Assembly (NCBI GenBank): GCA_951406725.2 | Contig: OX597824.1 | Location: forward strand, 3,162,001 to 3,226,000 | Direction of reading: 5' to 3' | Origin: Octopus vulgaris | Lineage: Eukaryota | DNA: 64,000 bases | Part shown: piece after piece, positions 1 to 13,489 of the stretch | Numbering within the stretch: position 1 is the stretch's first letter | How the letters are laid out: each line of letters opens with the position of its first letter | Program-made: the position numbers and the translations under genes | Notes under the pieces: generated by a model | The model's database searches: none | What the model saw: the letters and a program-made list of their open reading frames with translations, nothing else | Told to the model about the DNA's origin: nothing

Positions 1-960
1 TAAGTTACCTGACTACATTTTTTTGTTGTTATTGTTACCTTTTTGCTACATACATTTATACGAATCTGTGTTTGGGAGTAGTAGTATTTTGGTTTCGTTT
101 TGTTTTTCGGAATTTTAAAATTGCTATTTTTACAAGATAAATAAATTGATATTTTAGTTAACTGTCATACATATTTGTTTTATCTCATTATCTTACTCAA
201 TAATGTGTTTTTGATAATTAAATCCTGTCTAATTTAATTGAGTATACAACTGATAAACAAACAAGACACTGATTTCAAAAATACAAAACCGCAGCTGAAC
301 AAATATGTTGTTCTATAAGCAAAGGAAGAAATTTCTACCTGGTCGTTCTTCTTGTTAGAAATAGCAGCCAAATCTCCCTCAGAACAGATGCTACTATCTT
401 AAAAAGAAGAGCGCATGAAGGACAAATTGGACGTTACACTCCCAATATCTGGAAAAAACATGTTATGATCATAACTAGAAAGCCTCTAATTATAAATACG
501 ATTAATAAGAGATGACCCTGTGTTAAACAACAAAACGTTGCCCTTTAAATAGACAAATTAAAATGTATTAGGTGAGGAATTGGTATCAAGTTAACTGAAA
601 AGAATATTGTTATCCTAAAGCTAGACGGTATGATCATATCAGGAACGCCTTTATTTATTGACGCTATCAATAAAGGCTAATCTAAAGCTTAACGACAACA
701 TATTGCCCTTAAAATGTATTTAGGTGCGGCTAAACAGCGACACTTTGCCCTTATAATTAAACAGTTTAGAATAAATTTCATGTGGTTCAACGACTTGCTA
801 CAAATAAAATTGACGGTTTAAGCTCCATTTCATAGATATCTGTTAAGGTAATTAAAATGAAATTTTTACTCTAAATCCTGTATTGTAAGGGTTTCCCGAC
901 ACATAATATGCACTATTTTATAATGAGTTATATTGTGGACGTTTTTTGTTTTTAATTCAG

Positions 961-1048
961 GAACTTGAGAGATAGAGACCTGTTCTCTAAATCCGATCCA
1001 GTATGCATTCTCTACACAAAGAATTTCAAAAGTGAAACGTTTTACGAG
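961..1048 (+). CDS. CPNE8: Copine (CPNE8-like) exon, C2A start: (R)NLRDRDLFSKSDPVCILYTKNFKSETFYE
   Basis: ttttaattcAG acceptor, GAG|GTAAGA donor. The peptide matches the copine C2A motif NLLDRDTFSKSDP. Phase 2 to 0. Paralog identity (CPNE5/8/9) is uncertain. Confidence 0.92.
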
Positions 1049-1856
1049 GTAAGATACTTACTCTCCTTCTCTCCACACACTTTCACAGAATCCCTCTCAC
1101 ACCCAAGAATGCAAAGACATCTTCCTTGTTCAGTTCTACACTCAACTAAACGGAGCCCGTTTAATCAAAGTGCATGCGGTTGAGTACTCCACAGACACGC
1201 TTTTAATACTCATACGAAATCAGTGTGGCATTGTGCGACATGGCTGTATCTCTTGAATTACAGCTTCAATTCATCCGAAGGGCTTCCATACAGTTTCCGT
1301 CAACTGTATTTTACTCACAAGTGTCAGTACTTGAATATAGAAAAGGACACTTGCCCAATATGTCATGCGGCCGCATCGAAACCGGGATCTCATGATTCCT
1401 ACATGCTTTACGCATGAGTACGTGCGTGTGTGCATGTGTGTGTGTGTAAGTGTGTGTGTGTGTGTGTGTGTGCATAAATGTACGTATTACTGTGTATATG
1501 TGTGCCTGATTTTATCGGTGTAAGCTCTTTGTTTTAAAAATCTTGACTTAGTGATTCTATAAAATGCATACGAAACTTATTTAAATTGTGGGGTCAGTAT
1601 GATGAATTAACTCTTGAATGCGATGCGCCATTCTAAGCACAGCCCAATGATTGAATCCATTTATGGAGTAATACATAATTAATGAATAAATACTTCCATT
1701 TTACTTTGTGTGTGTGTGTGTGTTTGTGTGTGTGTGTATGTGTGTGTGTGTGTGTGTGTTTGTGTGCGTGTGTGCGTGTGAGCGACAAAAGCAGTATTAA
1801 TATGTATTAAAATTTAGTATTAAATGAGGATAAATATTACTCTAATATAGTCACAA

Positions 1857-3200
1857 TCTACCAGCGCAAGGAAGTGTGTACAGAGTGTGGCAACTTTCGG
1901 GGAATCTCTCTCCCGGAAAACGCCGGCAAGACCTTCTTATGTATTCTCCGACAACATCTGTTTGATGTTATCAACATGGTCATGCCTGAGTCCCAGAGTG
2001 GACTTCGACCAGTTCTGACATGATAATTGTAGCCAGTCTTCTTGAAAAGTGTGGTGAACAGTAGAGACATACATTTCGTCTTCATCAATCCAAGACAGGC
2101 GTTTGACACGGTCAACCGTTCTATGTTGTGTCGCCTGTTCCAGTATTTTGGTTGTCCACTAACATTTCTCTCGATATCGCAGAAGTTTCATGGTGGTATG
2201 CAAGCGAGAGTGATACTTGGCGGTGAAGTGTCGGAACCCTTTGAATTCCAGGTAGGGAAAGAACAAGGATGCATCCTAACCCCTGTACTTTCCAACGTTT
2301 ACCTCGTGGCTGTAACTGTTCTTTCTAGGAGACAGTTCATAAAAAAAAGACAGAATTTGTATCACATAATTCTATGGTGACAGCATTTTTAGCACTTGCT
2401 GCCAGAAAGCCACATCAGAAATCCTCTCAACCATGGAGAATGAGATTCAATATGCAGACGATTCAGCTGAAACCATCTCATACCTCTGCCTCTTTTCAAA
2501 ACATGTCAAACTCAGTGAAGCGTGCCTATTCCCAGCTTGGTCTTAAAGTAAAATATCAAAAAGCTGAAGTTCTCCAATCAACCTTCCCGTACTTATCTCC
2601 CCTCATCTCGTCCTTTTTGATGATGTTCCTCTACCGCGGGCGGACTCATTTCACAATATCTAACACTGGACTCCTTGACGAGGCGACACTTCGTCGGATC
2701 AACTTGGCCTCTGCATCTTTCATGAAACTCAGCGAACGAGTCTTTCAAAACAAGAACCTTAGAGCAAGCACAAAAATATCCGTTTATCGAGGTGACCATG
2801 GATCCACCCTTCTGTATAACCCTGAGTGCTGGACCCTTTATCGGTACCAAATCAGACAACTGGAAGCTTTCCATATCCGTTCTCTCCAATATATCCCCGG
2901 CCACCACATCGAAGGACAATGTGCCTCGTACCGAAATACACTCAAGGGACGGGATCTACAGCACTGAGGCCTGCACCCTTCGTCGACTTTTCCACTGGGT
3001 TGGCCATCATTCGTATGTCAGGTAACCAGCTCCCAAAAGATGATTCTCTTCAGCAAGATCGAGACAGGATGTAGGCCTCATTTATGCGGTGTCCTTCCCA
3101 ATCGGTTGGAACTCCAGGCTGTTAATCGGAAGGTCTGTGTGAGACGCTGGAGTAAAGATCTTTTAAACCGAATGCAGGAGACTGCATGAAGTCGGATTGC
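1857..3200 (+). mobile_element. Decayed RTE-clade LINE reverse transcriptase fragment
   Basis: Frameshifted peptides NFRGISL, PESQSG, FINPRQAFDTVNR, QGCILTPVL, RRINLASASF..L..RVF, TLLY..ECWTLY. Ends approximate. Confidence 0.85.
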
Positions 3201-4652
3201 TTTGACAAAGGAAACTCTGCGGTATCTCAAGAACCCCTTAAACTAGTGAATCGCGTGTGTTATGACCACACATCGTCTAAATGGAGTTGCTATGTGATAA
3301 CGACAAATAATGCTCAATATATAATCATTTCTTTTACGGATTTGAGATTCCACTGAACAATCATAAAAGATTCCTCCATTGATAAGGCACCAACCTATTA
3401 TTGCTAACTTGTCTATGAAATCGCTTTGTTTCAGAAGTCAACAAAACATTTCTCAATTAAATATTTCTATCACAACTTACAGAGTTGTCATAACAGCTTC
3501 TGGTCGTTACTTGTATTTGATTTATTGACGCAGCCATTAACAGTTAAGTGTCTTTTCTACTGACGCAGTGGAATCCTGCTTACAGAATTTTAATGCCAGA
3601 CTGCTCAATTGCTTGATGGTAGGCATTATTAACTTGGTCATTCATGGCTTCAGATAATTACTGTGGCACCGATAATTATAATTGTGATTGCTTTACTGTT
3701 TTCCTTTGTAGAACTTTTCATGTTATGAATGTCAATGATTTCTCTTGGAGAAGCTACAAAAATATACTAATCCCAAATGCACTAAAAATTATTCAAACTG
3801 TTCTATTTTCCGAGACTGGCTGTCAACAGAATTAGTATTCCGAATTGACACCTAAACACTTCGAAATTTTACCATAAAGCCGTCATGACAAAATTACCCT
3901 AATCTTTGCGAACGTTTAACGAAATTTAATTGCTATATTGTAAAAGATATTAAATCGATATTCATCAAACTCTTTCTACAGCGTGAAATAATATTCAACA
4001 AACATGTTATTCGATCGATATAATTAAATTCCTATTTTCAACATCTTCCCTTTGCTTTATTCTTTGTCCTTCACTAGAGTCACAGAAATAGAAAATAATT
4101 CTATAAACTACGTCTGTATTATTTTGAATGTAATAATATTTAGTCTTCCAAACATGGTTATCTGTTGGAACTTAAAACACCTGGCTTTGATGGCATATTT
4201 GTCTTTCGTAGCCGCAAAGTCACATAATCTTCATGCCGTATTCTTTGTCAAACAAATGCATCTATTTGTTTTTTCTGTTTTGAATTTCTATATTCTGTTG
4301 TCATAGAAATAGGAAATAATTTTATACAATACGTCTGCTCTATATTTAATACTGCAGTGTTAAAACGTTCGTCTCTGGCCACTACGACTACGGTGCTGCT
4401 ATGTGCTGGAACTCCAAGCACCTGGTCTTGTTGATATATTATCATCCACAGCTGCAAAATGCTGTCGCCTTTCTATGAATTAGAACGTCAATATATCTGT
4501 CACCAATATTATTGTGAGTCCACATCCGTTGATTTGCATCAAGCTCAATGAAGGCACTATGAAGCCCTTTAATCAGGGGATTTATGGGTTATTATTCCAT
4601 CGAATTTCGATTACGAATCATATATAAATGTGTTTACGAATATTTTTGCAAA

Positions 4653-4740
<88 letters not shown>

Positions 4741-5190
4741 CATGTTTGGTATGAAGTCTGCTTCACCAATGTCGTTATTTCCTCACCCTCGCACTCACTG
4801 TTACCTCCTCACAAACACGCTTTCACATCCACCCATTTAACGAATACACACACGCACACACACATAAACCATCCTACACCCTATATATATATGTGCGTGC
4901 ATATGTTTTGTATATAAGTATGTGTGTGTGTATGTGTGTGTGTTTGTGTTTGTGTGTGTATATATATATGTGTGTGTGTGTGTGTGTATCAAAAGAGAAA
5001 TATTCGTAAACAAGTTCAGCCCGCAAATTTGATAAGTTGCAATAGAAACTTCTAAAATACGTCATATTTATTGAACTCCCATACAGAGAACACGTGACAA
5101 ACTCATCCGTTCGAATGTTAAAACACGCAATATTTCATGCATTTCCATAACATACGCCAAAAGGTATTGCTCTTGCTGGTCTTTTAGTTT

Positions 5191-5555
5191 GCTTGTTGAG
5201 CGAAGCGGTCTTCGTCCCAGTGGGAGAAGTCCGAAACGTGGTCCTTTGCTATTTGTAAGACCCGCAGAAGAGAAAGCAGGTCAACCCCCGACACCGAGAG
5301 CATCGACGGATGGATAAATGCGCATCCAGGCTCAGCGGTTGCATAGGAAGTCGGGGACAAGAAACAGGAAGAAAGAGTGAGAGAAAGTTGGGGGCGAAAG
5401 AATACAACAGGGGTCGCCACCACCCCCTGCCGGAGCTTCGTGGAGCTTAGGTGTTTTCGCTCAATGAACACACACAACGCCCGGTCTGGGAATCGAAACG
5501 GCGATCCTCCGACCGCGAGTCCGCTGCCCTAACCACTGGGTCATTGCGCCTCCAC
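5191..5555 (-). mobile_element. Full-length tRNA-derived SINE with 23-bp target-site duplication
   Basis: Minus-strand head GGAGGCGCAATGACCCAGTGGTTAGGGCAGCGGACTCGCGGTC...GTTTCGATTCCC (A/B boxes, TCG at the anticodon-like position). Flanks TGCTCTTGCTG(G/T)TCTTTTAGTTT at 5168-5190 and 5556-5578. A partial copy lies on + at 49303-49472. Confidence 0.88.
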
Positions 5556-5599
5556 TGCTCTTGCTGTTCTTTTAGTTTTGACGAATCGCTAACTTAATG

Positions 5600-6160
5600 T
5601 TTAGTTTTCAGGATGCAGTGAATCAATTATGTGAGAAATAGACTTCTTTTAGCTGGTTATTGTTTGGAAGTTCCTCGTTAAATATAGATATACGAGGTTG
5701 CAGGACTTTACCAATGTTGGTAGTTTAATCCAAAATGCGAAAGACAAAAATAGACACAGGTCACACATTCTGTAGCGATTAATGTAAGGATACTCTGGTT
5801 CTGTAATGAAGCAATTTATTTTAAAATTATTAATATTATTCTCCTTTAAATTCTAAATTCATTTGGATGGAGACATGAATCTAAATTATTTAGTTCTTTC
5901 AACTCACAAGCCTCATCCAACGATCCTGTGGTTACATCAAACATTTTCTCTGTTACTTTTAGAGCGAAAACAATTATTATAAAATAATGTTTAGCGATCA
6001 TGACATTAATGTCAGAAACATTAATTAGAATGAAATTTTCTCCGAATTCCAAAGCACGTTCAAGAAGGAATTCAGTTAAATACGGTAAAAATTCGACTAT
6101 ATCACACTGCATTAATTTAACAAGGCACTTATAATACAAGACAATTAATCAAGAATTTTA
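5600..6160 (-). mobile_element. Old degraded Penelope-like RT fragment
   Basis: Peptide CDIVEFLPYLTEFLLERALEF...FDVTTGSLDEACEL resembles PLE RT motifs DIVEFYPSI and FDVTMGS.DGAE.CEL. Confidence 0.7.
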
Positions 6161-7221
6161 ACATTACAAGTTAGAATCACCGAAAGAAAGGTGACGTTGA
6201 CCACGGCGGAATTTGAACACGGAAGGTAAAGAGCAGAACCAGAAATACATAAGGAGTCTTTAAGACGCTCTGACGGTTCTGCCAGCTCGCGTTATAACAC
6301 ACTGTTGTAAATTAGTGAGAGAAGGTAAAACACAGCCATTGATTATCGCATCTTTTCCGGTGGGATTCATGTTTCTATTACCCAGGCCGAATGGCTCCAA
6401 GTTGGCATTTATAAGAATGTGAGCGAGGAAGAAACTAAAGTTTGGTCCCAACATTTACAATTGAGTGGGTTCCACTAAAGGCTTCCCGGATCAAGTGACT
6501 GTATTTACAAAATAAAGCAAAAATATTTTTAATATAGGAACGGTTTCCAAGTCTTTTGAAAGGGGTGTAGATAAGTTAGTTAATTCTATAGTTTATCGAC
6601 CTAGAAGGTATGCAATATAAAGTTTACCTCGCTGGATTTGAACCCATAATGTAAACAAATATAGACAAAAAAATAAATCATAATTGCCCTCACCACTTCC
6701 TCTTTTTACAGTTAAGGGATGTTTCATGGCATGATTGGCAAAGTGGGGACAAAATACAGGTTTTTCCCACTCTATGAGTTGTGCCACACAGCATCCTTTT
6801 AATGGAGAACAAGAAAAAAACTTGCAAATTCTTTTTCTAAGTTAAGAATGGAATAAGTTTTAAATGTTAAACATTTGAAACTGTTTATTAACAAGATTAA
6901 CAGAAACACTTGAATACATAGAGATGTTTTGAGAGAGGGTTTGACGGAAAGAAAACGGAGCCACTTGAAAACATGCGTTTGCACACTTTGGTCACCTTCT
7001 CATTAGCGACTAAAAAAAATATCAAACTTAACGATGAGAAATGAAAACAACAATTCTGAAAAGGTTAACGAAGAAAAAAATGCAAAGAAAACTAGACATT
7101 TTCTTGAAATTTAAGGATGCGCTGTAAACATTATCACAAAATATCGAAGAAGTAATTGAAGTTATATTCACATAAAGAAAACATTGATCTCAGAGAAAAT
7201 GTTTTGAGTTATTTGTTTTGA

Positions 7222-7392
7222 ATGGGCGCAGTAGTGGCTGTGGGGTAAGTAGCTTCCTTACCAATCACATGGTTCCGGGCTCAGTCCCACAGAGTGGCAC
7301 CTTGGGCAAGTGTCTTATACTATGGCCTCGGGCCGACCAAAGCCTTGTTTGTGGATTTAGTAGACGAAAATTGAAAGAAGCCTGTCGTATGT
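7222..7392 (+). mobile_element. tRNA-derived SINE family A, 5' part
   Basis: GGCGCAG..GTGGCTGTG.GGTAAGTAGCTT...GGTTCCGGG.TCAGTCCC, similar to copies at 12608, 15379 and 48160. Confidence 0.85.
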
Positions 7393-7505
7393 ACAGGGGT
7401 TGGACAAAATAATGGAAACACCTTAAAATTTCAAACAAATTTATTTTCATATGGGGTAGGACTGCCTTTGGCAGTAATTACAGCTTGAATTCTATGAGCT
7501 ATGGA
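7393..7505 (+). mobile_element. Tc1-like terminal fragment
   Basis: TA-CAGGGGTTGGACAAAATAATGGAAACAC is a Tc1-type TIR start; it interrupts the SINE. No partner TIR seen. Confidence 0.5.
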
Positions 7506-8543
7506 CTTCTTTTTTTTCTTTTTCATATAACCATTTTCCTCTCAAAGCAAATGGCCAATAATAGAATGTTCACTGCATAGTATTATATGGTTTTGTTGAC
7601 AAAACAAAAGCTAGGTGTTACCTTTTAACATCTTAACGTTATAAAACAGCAGCTTCCCGTACAGACATTGCAAACCGACCACAACGAACAGCTACAGAAT
7701 TCTGCGTCCATTTATCGAGTCACCACAGGCCCGTATTTAACTAAATGCCTCAGAACTACAATACTGTCAATTCCATGTTATAAAATGCTTTATTTACGAT
7801 TTTACTAACGAATTTTCTTCTGAGCGAACTATCTTTTATCTTTGAACAAAACTATTTTTTATCTTGAACTAAACAGATTACCTTAATCTCATAACTTAAA
7901 TTGGATGTTGCCTTGAAGTTTACGAACCTTCTGAACACCATTGTTATTGACCGCATCGCTTCCATACTTCAATATGACTTAGTATTACTTTCTGCGTGTA
8001 GCTTTTATTTATATAGAATAAAATCGCTATATTAATATCTCTTCATCTTGGACTCAGTCATCACACTTGCCTAAAGGAAACCCGTAAAGAAAATGTTACA
8101 TTTGCTATGAGATTCAGAAAGGCCTAATATCGTTTAAGACATTCACAGACCATATTATCATTGATTTAAAAGCAATTTATTGTTCGGCTGAATTGCTAAC
8201 TTCCAAGAACCAAATCAAAAATTAATCCTTGAGGAAATGTTTGTCCTACAGTAAGATTAATGATTATTTCACACTCTTCTCTTTCTTAATCTAAATCTAC
8301 TGTTTCAATAATAAAAGCCCACTCGCTAAAGCTTCTATTAGGTCCATTGTCGAAATGTCTTTCGTAATGTTCCATGTTCAATTTTATTCCTTTTCTGATG
8401 AAAACTAGCTAATAAATATTTCATCAGCACCCATAACGACTTCAATTTATCTTAGCTGTTGAGTATTCCGTCAGGAATGTTTAAGTAAGAAAGTTTCGAA
8501 TATATTAAAGCCACTAAACACACAGTTTAGCAGATTTTAACCC

Positions 8544-8578
<35 letters not shown>

Positions 8579-8599
8579 CTCTCTCTCTATCTCTCTCTT

Positions 8600-8638
<39 letters not shown>

Positions 8639-8756
8639 GTTTATATATTTATCTATTTACCTATCTATCTCTTTCTGATTTAACTCTCTCAAACACAATT
8701 CAATATATTATATGTGTGTGTGTGTGTGTGTGTGTCTGTGTGTGTGTGTGTGTATA

Positions 8757-9113
8757 CAGGGTGCGACAGGTAAATTGTCACCATGCTATGTTTTTAATTT
8801 CGCACATGCGCATTGTTTTTGAATTTGTCTACTACATAGTATAGTAGGGTGAGTTGGGCACCGTCTCTGAGAAAAACAGCACCATAACGCAATTCACTCT
8901 GCCAGAAAACTTAAACAAAGGGACCATCCAGAAGTGCTGCAGGGGATTTTGAAATCATCAGGAGGCCGTGGTTGAAGCCAATGGCGATTTTATTGAATGA
9001 ATTTACTCTTTAATATTTTTATCTAATTATGGTAAATATATCTGTTAAAATGAGATGTCAGTATTATTTTCATTTTTGCGTAATTAAGACGACAATATAT
9101 CCACCGCACACTG
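8757..9113 (+). mobile_element. Tc1/mariner-derived MITE (internal deletion derivative)
   Basis: Imperfect TIRs CAGGGTGCGACAGGTAAATTGTC / GACAATATATCCACCGCACACTG with TA on both sides. The 5' ~150 nt match the longer element at 55857. Confidence 0.82.
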
Positions 9114-9261
9114 TATGTATGTATGTCTGTATGTATGTATGTATGTATGTATGTATGTATGTATATATATATATATACATCTATAAATAGTTATATATAT
9201 ATATATATACATGTATACGTATATATAAGGTTTTACATATACATATATATATATATATGTA

Positions 9262-9591
<330 letters not shown>

Positions 9592-9699
9592 ATGGCCAAT
9601 AATAGAATGTTCAATGCATAGTATTAGATGGTTTTGTTAACAAAAGCTAGGTGTTACCTTTTAACATCTGAACGTTATAAAACAGCAGCTTCCCGTACA

Positions 9700-9736
<37 letters not shown>

Positions 9737-11844
9737 TTGCTCAATCAGATAATGGCTAACAACATGCAGGCTGCAATATTTGTAAGCATTTGATGGCGGC
9801 GAGGCAAATAAAAATTCATTTTCTGTTTAATCAGTCGAATAAATAAGTAAATGAAACTGTTGTTGGGTGAGATATAAAGGTCAGGCTACAGCAAGTAAAG
9901 AATTATCAGAGACAGAGGGGGAGAGGGAGAGAGACAGAGACAGGGGAAGTAAGGAAGTAAGGAAAGAAAGAAACGCCAGTAATATCAATAAGAGAAACAA
10001 CTACAACAATAATAAAACCAGAAAAATTACGCGGAGAGAAGCGATCGAAGTTTTTGTTGTATATCAGACGAGTTTTCTACTGACAACAGTTAGGAAATTT
10101 AGAGACATATATCTATAATGTGTGTGTGCCTGTGTGTGTACGTGTGTGTGTGTGTGTGTTTATGTGTGTCTGTGTGTCTGTGTGTGTGTGCGTGTGTGTG
10201 TGTGTGTGTTTATGTGTGTGTGTGTGTGTGTACATTTTCTATACTGAATGCCAGCCTATATTTTAGAACCGTTTTTAAAGCAATCTCAGATCAAATATCG
10301 CTCTTTTTTCTTCGTGTTTTATATCTTATGTGAGTTAAGTGATGACGGTTAAGTGTCTGTATTTTTTTCTCCTTTTGCTAAGCATCAGCCTCTGGCAAAT
10401 ACAATTCCGATCTCATCTCAAGTGAATTTGATTTCATGTTTTTCCCTAAATCTTTTTCATCACACTAATGAATTCGCCTACCAGCCATCTTGAATCATTT
10501 TGCTTTTAGTTTTATTGGTAGAATCTCACATTCTGACTGGATGTTTACCACTTCTGAGGTTCCGTCCTCTATGAAACATATTTACCCCAGATCTTACCTA
10601 CTCCTTTTCCGTAACTCTTGCATTCTTATTCGCACACCCGACAACCCTGGTCGCCTACCGTGGAATGAAAATAAAAAACTTTTTATCAGCTTACCGCTCT
10701 CTGATACGGAAAAATCCACAGCTTTCCGCCTGAATGAAACACTATTTTCCCTGAAAGTTGTTCTATATATTTAATACGGATTGCTTAAAGCTAATTTTCT
10801 TACTACACCTGGATCCCTGGATCTTACATTTATATATATATATAAGGGAAAGATGCAGGAATCTAAGCGTAGTAAGTTTGTAAGTTTCAAGCAGTTCTTG
10901 GAAGGTATCAAAGAAGAAAATGGACAGAATATGCAACAAGGAACAATAACAATTTATTGGAATCGAAGGTTACACACTTTCTCCTATATCGAAATTGCGA
11001 GGAATTCGATAAATTGAAAGTTTCTGTATAGCTCACGGTTAGCAAGTTGCTACGAATGCGAATAAAAATCCAAATTGACGGAGTCGAACGGGTAAAATGC
11101 AGGCTTAGACTTCACCCTCTTAGAAGCATTTGAAGAATTTCTCAAGTTTGACACACCACCTGTGTCACCTGTGGTTGACGAGTGAATAGTGAATTTGGTA
11201 TTATATTTAAAACCAACGGTATGTGTGTATAAATGTAACCAAACAAACAAATATTAAAGAATCTTGCAAACTAAATCCAAAAACAAAACAAATATTTGTT
11301 TTAGAATTGGAAGCGTCGCAAAGCGTATTATACGATACAAATAAGATTAAATTTTTTCGAACGCAGAGTTGTCGTTAGAACAGCAGAAATACTGGGTCAA
11401 TTACCCTTGTATTTTATATATTAATTATGTGCGTGAGCATGTTTGAGTATTTATATGTATTGGGGTAGCAGCTTATTCATTTGTTTGTCTCTGTATATAT
11501 ATATATATATATATATGCAGGCATATATACATCTATAGAACCCTATATGCAGGCAATGACATCTGAGAACCCTACGGCTTGGCATGAATATTTCCAACAT
11601 ACATATATAAACTCTTGGGGAAAATCTGTGCAACATAACCTAACCTAATATGTATGTGTATACACACGTACACACACAATCACATATAAATAAATAAATA
11701 TATATATGAATCACATATAAATAAATAAATATATATATGAATCCTTCGCATCATGTTTTTATTTTATTTTGATCAATTTACTCCACCACCTACACCACCA
11801 AACGGTATACACAGGTGCTTATAATTATCAAGTACTCACCCCGA

Positions 11845-12053
<209 letters not shown>

Positions 12054-12062
12054 TTATATATA

Positions 12063-12270
12063 TTACGGAGATGTACTCGCATAGCAAGTAACTTGATCTG
12101 AGATCGTGTGCTGAAACGAAAACAATTGCAGCGTGGAAGGTGTTTATAAGCCATTTAAGAAACACCCAAAAGCCGTTCGATTCACTTCAACATTTAAGTT
12201 TAATTTGTCAAAATATTTTCGTCGCTAAAATCCGCGACCTGTTCACTGACAAAGTCCGTGCTGCATCTAT
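12063..12270 (-). repeat. Short (TA)n-embedded repeat carrying a variant hammerhead; second copy at 28868-29005
   Basis: Reverse complement aligns with 28868-29005 (AGCACGGA...GTGAACAGG...CTTAAATGGCTTATAAACACCTTCCACGCTGCAATT). Confidence 0.8.
12204..12253 (-). ncRNA. Type I hammerhead-like motif with swapped G3/C8 core
   Basis: RNA: UUUGUCA GUGAACA G GUCGC ggauuuua GCGAC GAA AAUAUU U UGACAAA. Perfect 7-bp stem I, 5-bp stem II, palindromic stem III. Confidence 0.68.
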
Positions 12271-12307
12271 TTATATACATATAAATATATATATATATAC
12301 ATATATT

Positions 12308-12488
12308 TATATTACATACATATAAGGGAGATGATCACTAAATGGACATCCATTATGCTAGAGGTAGACCCCATATGGTCTGCCCACTAAGAAAATATTG
12401 TTTTCTTAGCGGTCAGACCATATGGGGTCTACTTCTAGCATAATGGATGTCCACTTAGTGGTCATCCCTCTTAAATGTATGTAATATA
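12308..12488. repeat. Long near-perfect inverted repeat (about 88-bp arms)
   Basis: ...TAAGGGAGATGATCACTAAATGGACATCCATTATGCTAGAGGTAGACCCCATATGGTCTG...CTAAGAAAA / TTTTCTTAG...CAGACCATATGGGGTCTACTTCTAGCATAATGGATGTCCACTTAGTGGTCATCCCTCTTA... Confidence 0.93.
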
Positions 12489-12607
12489 ATTTTTCTGAAC
12501 CTTCAGATTTTTCGATATGCTAGACAACTGGTTTTAAATTGATATTAATCAAATTAATATTCAATTTTTCACCCTTATTATTTAATTTTACATATATTTA
12601 CATGTAT

Positions 12608-12770
12608 AGGCGCAGGAGTGGCTGTGTGGTAAGTAACTTTCTAACCAACCACATGATTCCGGGTTCAGTCCCACTGCGTGGCATCTTGGGCAAGTGTCTT
12701 CTGCTATAGCCCGGGGCTGACCAATGCCTTGTGAATGGATTTGGTAGACGGAAACTGAAAGAAGTCTGTC

Positions 12771-12826
<56 letters not shown>

Positions 12827-13028
12827 TTGTGTGTCTGTGTTTGTCCCCCTAGCATTGCTTGACAACCGATGCTGCTGTGTTTACGTCCCCGTCACTTAGC
12901 GGTTCGGCAAAAGAGAATAAGTACTGGGTTTACAAAGAATAAGTCCCGGGGTCGATTTGCTCGACTAAAGGCGGTGCTCCAGCATGGCTGCAGTCAAATG
13001 ACTGAAACAAGTAAAAGAGTAAAAGAGA

Positions 13029-13030
<2 letters not shown>
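12608..13030 (+). mobile_element. Full-length SINE family A with internal (TA)n(TG)n tract
   Basis: tRNA-like head, internal microsatellite, 3' end ...CAGTCAAATGACTGAAACAAGTAAAAGAGTAAAAGAG. Same architecture at 48160-48558. Confidence 0.88.
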
Positions 13031-13073
<43 letters not shown>

Positions 13074-13373
13074 TATATATCTATACATATTATATTAAAT
13101 TAGAGATAAAACCACTATTAGGCAAATCAAACAGTGAAAATCATAAGCCAATACATAGAAATAAAATTAATTAAAAAATATAAAAAATATAAAATATAAA
13201 ATATAAAAATCCAATTAAAATATTTAAATTAAAGTTAAAATTTTAGAAAATTATTTAAATTAATAAATTAAACTTATAAATTTTAAATATACATATATAT
13301 AAAGGCGGTGCTCCAGCATGGCCGCAGTCTAATGACTGAAACAAGTAAAAGAGTAAAAGAGTAAAAAGAGTAT

Positions 13374-13417
<44 letters not shown>

Positions 13418-13489
13418 TTATTTATTTATTTATTTATTTATATAAAAGTATCAAAAGTATTAAAAGTTTAATATAAGATAAAGAGTAAA

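Noticed and set aside
965-1183. 72-aa single-exon ORF
   Set aside because: Only 961-1048 is copine-like; the rest is intron read-through past the GTAAGA donor.
5195-5250. Hairpin plus GAAACGTGGTC at the SINE 3' end as a ribozyme
   Set aside because: No CUGANGA-equivalent core, and it is antisense to the SINE.
5480-5555. tRNA gene
   Set aside because: tRNA-like head of a SINE: continues into the SINE body, bounded by a TSD, and lacks a proper acceptor stem.
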